In this document: in pieces, positions 51,927-64,000 of the stretch
Position numbering within the stretch: position 1 is the stretch's first letter
Layout: the number at the start of each line of letters is the position of its first letter
Source: the human T2T-CHM13v2.0 reference genome, Homo sapiens
Reading direction: 5' to 3' (one strand)
Assembly (NCBI RefSeq): GCF_009914755.1
Contig: NC_060943.1
DNA: 64,000 nucleotides
Position numbers and translations under genes: made by a program
Notes under the pieces: generated by a model
Databases searched by the model: none
Told to the model about the DNA's origin: nothing
The model's input: the letters and a program-made list of their open reading frames with translations, nothing else

Positions 51927-52115
51927 CTACAGTGCACAGGGTCCGTTCCCTGAATGACGGAGCAGTGAGATTGGGCTGGGGCAAGGGAAGGCAGATCTTC
52001 AAGATCCTACTAAGAGTACTGTACATGATCCCAAAGGGGATAAGGATAGGAATCCCAAAATTCTTGTAGAATCCTTCCTCCACCTCCACTAGGGTCCTAA
52101 CTTTCCGTTTCCCAC

Positions 52116-52266
52116 CTATTCTGCTCAGCTGTTGATGACAACCAAGTGAGCTGCTTCTGGGCACAAGAATCAATGGCCTGGGGCCAGGTGAGGTTGTCTG
52201 AAAAGAAGCTGTAACAGGAGCCCTGGAAGGCCTTCCAGCTCTTGGGGCAGGGCAGGCAGGAGGATT
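52116..52266 (-). pseudogene. Lectin-domain exon 1 (151 bp; 1-bp frameshift and two stops)
   Basis: cacag|AA-SSCLPCPKSWKAFQGSCYSFFSDNLTWPQAIDSCAQK, frameshift, then AHLVVINS*AE*|gtggga. Confidence 0.9.
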
Positions 52267-53468
52267 CTGTGAGGATGGAGCCATTAGCAAATTTAGTGTA
52301 TCCAGCTTTCCACCCAGTTGCCCACCCACTCGCTTCTGGCCACATTCCTAATGGCTTCCACTTGAATACACCCAACAATGGGGAACTCACTACCTAGACA
52401 GTTGGTGCTTGACATTACTGAAACATATCAGAAGGACATACTAAAATGCCATAAATATCCTACTGGGTGTGTTAGCTCACGCCTGTAATCCAAACGCTTT
52501 GGGAAGCCAAGGCAGGTGGATCACTTGGGGTCAGGAGTTTGAGACCAACCTGGCCAACATGGTGAAACCCCATCTCTACCAAAAAAAATACAAGAATTAG
52601 CTGGGCATGGTGGCACGCACCTAGTCCCAGCTACTTGGGAGGCTGAGGTGGGAGAATTGCTTGAATCCAGGAGCTGGAGATTGCAGTAAGCCAAGATGGC
52701 ATCACTGCATTCCACCCTGGGTGACAGAGTGAAGCTCTGTCTCAAAAAAAAAAAAAAATGCCATAAATATCCTATTAAGTGGAAAAGGCAACTGTAGGAA
52801 TAATGTGCCAGGCGCGGTTGGCTCACGCCTGTAATCCCAGCACATTGGGAGGCCGGGGCGGGTGGATCACTTGAGGTCAGGAGTTCAAGACCAGCCTGTC
52901 CAACATGGTGAAACCCCATCTCTACTAAAAATACAAAAATTGGCTGGGTGTGGTGGCGGGTGCTCATAATACCAGCTACTAAGGACCCTGAGGCAGGAGA
53001 TTGCTTGAACACAGGAGGCAGAGGTTGCAGTGAGCTGAGATCACACCATTGCACTCCAGCCTGAGAGAATGTGAATAATATACTACCTTTAAATAAAATA
53101 GAAAAGCATATGTTTGACATTCCTTGTTTTCTTAAAGAAACTCTACGGCTGGGCACAGTGGCTCACGCCTGTAATCCCAACACTTTGGGAGGTCGAGGCA
53201 GGTAGATCACGAGGTCAGGAGATCGAGACCATCCTGGCTAACATGGTGAAACCCCGTCTCTACTAAAAATACAAAAAAAAAAAAAAAAATTACCCGGGCG
53301 TGGTCGTAGGCACCTGTAGTCCCAGGTACTTGGGAGGCTGAGGCAGAGAACTGCTTGAACCTGGGAGGCAGAGCTTGCAGTGAGCCGAGATTGCACCACT
53401 GCACCCCAGCCTGGGCAACAGAGCGAGTCTCCGTCTCAAAAAAAAAAAAAAAAGAAAGAAAGTGTAAA

Positions 53469-53687
53469 GCAGTGGTCCCCAGTCAGGGGCGATTTTGTCC
53501 CCAGTGGACATCTGGCAATGTCTGAAGGCATTTTTGTTCACCACAACTAGCGGAGAGGTACCACTGGCATGGAGAAGGTAGAGACCAAGGGTGTTGCTAA
53601 ACACCCTGCAATGTACAGGACAGCCCCTTACTGCAAAGAATGATTCATCCCCACATGTCAATCGTATTGAGTTTGAGAAAGGCTGCC
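53469..53687. mobile_element. MER20
   Basis: cagtggtccccagtcaggggcgattttgtcccc...tttgagaaa. Confidence 0.65.
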
Positions 53688-53829
53688 CTAAAAGAATAAA
53701 GCCCAGCTAATTCCAGTAGTTCTTGGGAGTTTGTGTTGGGGCTTAGGTGGGGAACATGGCAATGAGGTTTCAGGAGTGGGAGGGAAAATTCTCACTGATT
53801 TTATCTATATCCATCTACAGAACACATAC

Positions 53830-54986
<1,157 letters not shown>

Positions 54987-55314
54987 ATATACAGCATATC
55001 TCATCCTGTCATTCAAAAGTTCTATTTACATTCTGTTAAGTGAAATAAGCTAGGCACAGAAAGATAAATCCTGCATGATCTCACTTATCCGTGGAATCTA
55101 AAAAATCTAATTCGTAGAAGCAGAGAGTACAACCGTGGTTACCAGGGAATGGGGGAGGGGGGTTGGGGTAAGGAGATGTTGGTCAAAGGATGCAGAGTTT
55201 CCATCAGACAGGAGAAGTAAGTTTGGTCATGATCCACTGCACAGCATGGTGACCATAGTTAATAATAATGTCATCTCTATTCCAAAATTCCTCAAAGAGT
55301 AGATTTTATTTTTT

Positions 55315-55318
55315 CTTT

Positions 55319-55378
<60 letters not shown>

Positions 55379-55392
55379 TCCTTCTTTCTTTC
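55315..55392 (+). repeat. (TTTC)n microsatellite at an Alu tail
   Basis: Direct reading of the sequence. Confidence 0.95.
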
Positions 55393-55420
55393 TTGCTTTT
55401 TGTTTTGTTTGTTTGTTTGA

Positions 55421-55773
<353 letters not shown>

Positions 55774-55812
55774 TGATTTGCTGATAGATATGTTCATTAG
55801 CTTGTGGAATGA

Positions 55813-56082
<270 letters not shown>

Positions 56083-56639
56083 TGATCCACCTGCCTTCCT
56101 TGGCCTCCCAAAGTGCTGGGATTACAGGTGTGAGTCACTGTGCCTGGCCCACAATGTGTACCTTTATCAAAACCTCACATTATACCTCATGGATCTATAC
56201 AATTATCCATTGAAATTTTATAAAACATTTCATTTAATTAAATGTTCATTTAAATTTAAATTAAACTTGCATTAAAGTCAATTAAATATTTTTCAAAGTT
56301 TTATTAACTTTTTGATATCGACTTAATTTTTTTTAGTTTTGGGAAGGAAAAGAGTTCTACTTAAAATATGTAGCACAAAGGTACCACCTACAACGGAATG
56401 TGATCCAATAGGGTTGTGTGGAACCCAGGCATCTGCATTTTAGCAAACTCGCTGCATTCATCTGACAGGCTGCAGAGGACCCACTGTATTTTGCAGCACA
56501 CTGATGTGGTGATTTAAAGTGGAGGCTCCGGTCAGAGGTAGATTTACAGCAGACACCTGTAATCCCAGCACTTTTGGAGGCCAAAGTGGGAGGATCGCTT
56601 GAGCCCAGGAATGTGAGACAAGGCTGGGCAACATAGTCC

Positions 56640-56768
56640 AGGGAAAGAGGAGGGGAGGGAAGGGGATGGGGAGGGGGAAGGGAGGAGGAGGGAGAGGGGA
56701 GGGGAGGGAGAGGGGGAGGGGGAGGGGAAGAAGAAGGGGAGGGGAAGGGGGAAGGGAGGGGAGGGAAA
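56640..56768 (+). repeat. G-rich purine tract with G-quadruplex potential
   Basis: Many G3-G5 runs separated by 1-5 nt loops. Confidence 0.8.
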
Positions 56769-57591
56769 AAGAAAAGAGGAGGCTCTGAATCCTGACAATG
56801 ACTCTTGAGAATGACACTGCTCATTTCCCCCCGATTCTGCAGCTGAGGGAACTGAGGCTGAGAGAGGTTAAAGGGGCTGTCCCCGCGGTTGCACACAGCC
56901 ACACCTGCAGAGCAGGTCTCACTGTCCTCAAAGCCTTACTTTTCTGGTATCCCTTCACTATCCGTTGGTCTGACCATGTCACCTCAACTTTCTCCATGTT
57001 CTGCTAGCACTAAAAAGACCCAAGAATCCCCCGGGCATTGGGCTGCCTTTCCGAGATCCCTGCTACAGGAAGCCCCCGTCACCAGTGCCGAAAGGAGCAG
57101 AGTCCCCGCCCTTCCCCCACCTCCCTTTCCCCACTCCTCACCATTGCGTGCCTGGACAACCTTTATTTGCCTGAACATTTCACCCCGAATGAAGTCCCGG
57201 TCATGTCCGGTGTCTGCCAGCCCCGGTGTCACTGAGAGACCCAAAGAGAACGCGCTGGTAAAGGTCTTGGCAGAGTTGCGGGTTGGGAGATGTGATTAAG
57301 GGTCGGGGGGCGGGGCATCTCCTTGGACGCCCACTCACCTTTTTCATCCCGCACATCCTTCGTCATCCTCAAGACTGGGGAGAGACGCCAGCAGCATGTT
57401 CTAGACGCTCCCCTCACTCAAAGAACCTCCCTGGGGTTTCTCTGTGTTCCCCCAACTCCCAGAGTCCAAGACTTTCTTCCAGCCCCAGGGCAAGGCACTT
57501 TGGAGCTCTGAAATGTTCCACTCATTTTGCGGATGAGAAAACCCAGGCCCAGGGACATAAAGTTTCTTGTCTAAAAGCAACCAGCTAGTGA

Positions 57592-58399
<808 letters not shown>

Positions 58400-58529
58400 C
58401 TGGGTGGAAACCAGGTCAGCTTCCCCTCCCTTCAGGGATACCCACTCTCTTTTCCTTAGATGCCCGAGACTCCTCTCAGGCTGCAGGGAAATCGCTGAAT
58501 CCCCCGTGCTCTTCTGGTACCCCTGCTGA

Positions 58530-58931
<402 letters not shown>

Positions 58932-59049
58932 TGATTCGCCTACCTCGGCCTCCCAAAGTGCTGGGATTATAAGCGTGAGCCTCCGCGCCTGGCCCACCAA
59001 GCTCTTAATTGCACATAAAAGGGTTTCTGGTCCCAGCTTCTTGACTCAC

Positions 59050-59137
59050 CAGTTTCCCCCAGCCTGGGGGGAAGTTTGGGCCCCAATGCTGATAATTCTT
59101 TGGGGTCCTTGCTGCTAGCATCCCTGCCTTCAATCAT
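59050..59137 (-). pseudogene. Candidate first coding (cytoplasmic) exon of the lectin
   Basis: gcggtcATG then MIEGRDASSKDPKELSALGPKLPPRLGET-G|gtgagt. Phase 1, in frame with the TM exon. Confidence 0.65.
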
Positions 59138-59625
59138 GACCGCAGCTCACTCTGCTCTGAGATGCTCCTACTCTACATGCTTATTTCTGGGAAACTCCAC
59201 CCAGCCCTTGGAAGGAAACACTCCCCTTCAAGTCTCTTACACTGCTCCTCCTTCCTGGCTTAGAGTGTGGCCCAAGATCCTGAGATATCTGGTCATCTGT
59301 TAACACAGCCGGAAAGAGGACCTGGGTCTCTGAGCTCAGGAGGCAGTGGGCACCAAGTCTCCTCTGCAAAGCTGATTTCTGTCCAAGGTGACTGAAACAC
59401 AAAGCAACAGAGAACGGAATCTCAGATCCCTGTACTGACACCCCCACCGCCACTCTCTGCTTCTCACAGCTTAGCGTGAAAAGTGCTCTTGGCTTCTCAC
59501 GATGAAGTGGTGGACATTTCAACCGAGGAAATGATTTGTGTGACTCTTTTCTTGGACACCGAGGACAATGACATTTCCCAACAGCTTTCATTCATCTCCC
59601 CAGCTAGGTAGCTACTTGTAGTTTT

Positions 59626-60734
<1,109 letters not shown>

Positions 60735-61044
60735 TTAAAAAATGAATACAATGAAACAAATAAGAAAGGAGGAACTAACATATATTGACTGCCTTTATGT
60801 GTCAAACATCATGATATGCCATTTACACATCTTATTTCATCTTCTCACAAACTGTCTAAGATACAGCGGTTCAACACAGGATAGGCTGCAGGCTCAGCAC
60901 TTAAATCACAAGCTAACAAGAGGCACAGTTAGGATTTGAATCAGCCCTTTCTAACACCAAAACTTTTTTCCTCTGTTATTCTCTGCTGTTTCAAATATCT
61001 ATACTATATGTTTGAAAGAAGGGAAAGAAAAATTACCTAGCCAG

Positions 61045-62113
<1,069 letters not shown>

Positions 62114-63066
62114 CCACCTATTTTGCCTATTGTTTTGCAATCCTTTGCCACATGCAGGTATGTTTTACCCTATTATGGCCATAATAGTATAGGTCATAAG
62201 AGTTCCCCATGCTTCTAGGTAATCCTAACAGTTTTTGAAACAGGAAAAATGTGCTCACACTCATTAGTAGTCACAGAAATGCAAATGAGATGACCAGGAG
62301 ATATTATTCCATGCACACCACATTGGGGAAAATTAAGAAGACTCACTAAGTATTGGTGAAGATATGGAGCAACCAGGGCATTCATACACTGCTTGTGTGA
62401 GTATAAATTGGAGCAATTGGTCTGGAAGCAGTTCAGCTCTGTACAGTTGAGTTGAGGGCACACACACCCTTGCAGGTCCACTCCTAGGTGTATATCTAAG
62501 AGGATTGTGTGCTTATTTGCACCAGGAGGCATGTATAAGAATGTTCATCACAATTTTTTGTAATAGACAAAATGAAGAATAAGCCAAATACCCATTTGGG
62601 TACAATGAGGAATAAACGGTGTTATATCCAAACAATGGAGAAGCATACATCAATGAAAATGAGCTCACTAAAACTACATATGAGCACTTGGAGGAATCTT
62701 CCACATTTTATAATGTTGAACGACAAACAAATGAACAAGACATGAAATGCTACATAAACAGTGTCTATTCATAAGTAAAAAAAATTGTTCAGGCCAAGTG
62801 TGGTGACACATACCTGTAGTCCTAGCAACTTGGGATGCTGAGGCAGGAGGATCACTTGGGGCCAGGAGTTCAAGGTTGTGGTGAGTTAGAATTTCACAAC
62901 TGCACTCCAGCCTGGGTGACAGAAAGAGACCCTATCTTTAAAAAAAGAAAAAAAAAGTGTTCAAAGCAGTTCTTGCAATTTACTCTTAAAAGAATCAGCA
63001 ATGGGCTGGGTGCAGTGGCTCACGCCTGTAATCCCAGCACTTTGGGAGGCCAAGGCAGGCAGATCA

Positions 63067-63279
<213 letters not shown>

Positions 63280-63339
63280 TTACACACACACACATACACA
63301 CACACACACACAAAAGAATCAGCAATGAAGAGTATGAAA

Positions 63340-63368
63340 TAGATACATAGGTAGGTAGGTAGATAGAT

Positions 63369-63418
<50 letters not shown>

Positions 63419-63428
63419 CAGACAGATA
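63340..63428 (+). repeat. (GATA)n microsatellite
   Basis: Direct reading of the sequence. Confidence 0.95.
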
Positions 63429-63910
63429 CCTCAATAATACAAACGTGGCAGAGTGTTAGCAAAGAGTGAATCTAGTTGAAGGGCATACCAGTTCATTGTA
63501 CTATTTCATGGGTCTCAATTTTTTTTGTTGTTTCAACCTTTATTTTAGATTCAGGAGGTACAAGTGTAGGTTTGGGGTATGGATGCCATCACCCAGGGAG
63601 TGAAAATAGTACTTAATATGTAGTTTTTCGACCTATGCCCTCCTCTTTCCCTCCCTGCTTTAGTAGTCCCCAGGGTCTACTGTTCCCATCTTTATGTCCA
63701 TGTGTGCCCAGTGTTTAGGTCCCACTTATAGGTGAGAAGATGCGGTATTTGGTTTTCTGTTCCTTCATTAATTCGCTTAGGATAATGGTTTCCAGCTCCA
63801 TCTATGTTGCCGCAAAGGACATGATTTCATTCTTTTTCATGGCTGCATAGTATTCCGTGATGTATATGTACCACATTTAAACAGGTGGCACGCACCTGTA
63901 GTCCCAGCTA

Positions 63911-64000
<90 letters not shown>

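Overview
Primate, very probably human, genomic DNA rich in Alu and L1 repeats. It matches my recollection of the chr19p13.12 OR10H1-UCA1 interval. From left to right it contains: (1) an intact single-exon olfactory receptor CDS, OR10H1 (minus, 926-1882), with a candidate upstream exon and promoter near 9.4-9.8 kb; (2) a dead four-exon KRAB zinc-finger gene (minus; exon 1 in a CpG island near 31.06 kb, KRAB-A, KRAB-B and finger exons at 15.9-17.9 kb; probably ZNF861P); (3) a two-LTR HERV-H provirus (plus, 22861-30293, TSD GGAAC) inserted antisense in intron 1 of that gene, which produces the lncRNA UCA1; (4) an LTR cluster next to the CpG island: a nested inverted LTR10C pair with one C-to-T hypermutated copy, MER4A, MER41A and a GAS-bearing MER41B; (5) a type II C-type lectin pseudogene (minus, about 46.2-59.1 kb; probably CLEC4O). 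Its seven exons can be rebuilt from sequence: an AluY sits in the TM exon and the lectin domain lacks EPN/WND. Three local templated duplications are also visible (17.6, 37.2 and 50.4 kb). Almost all other listed ORFs are Alu, L1 or low-complexity noise. Repeat family names and gene symbols come from recognition, not from database searches.
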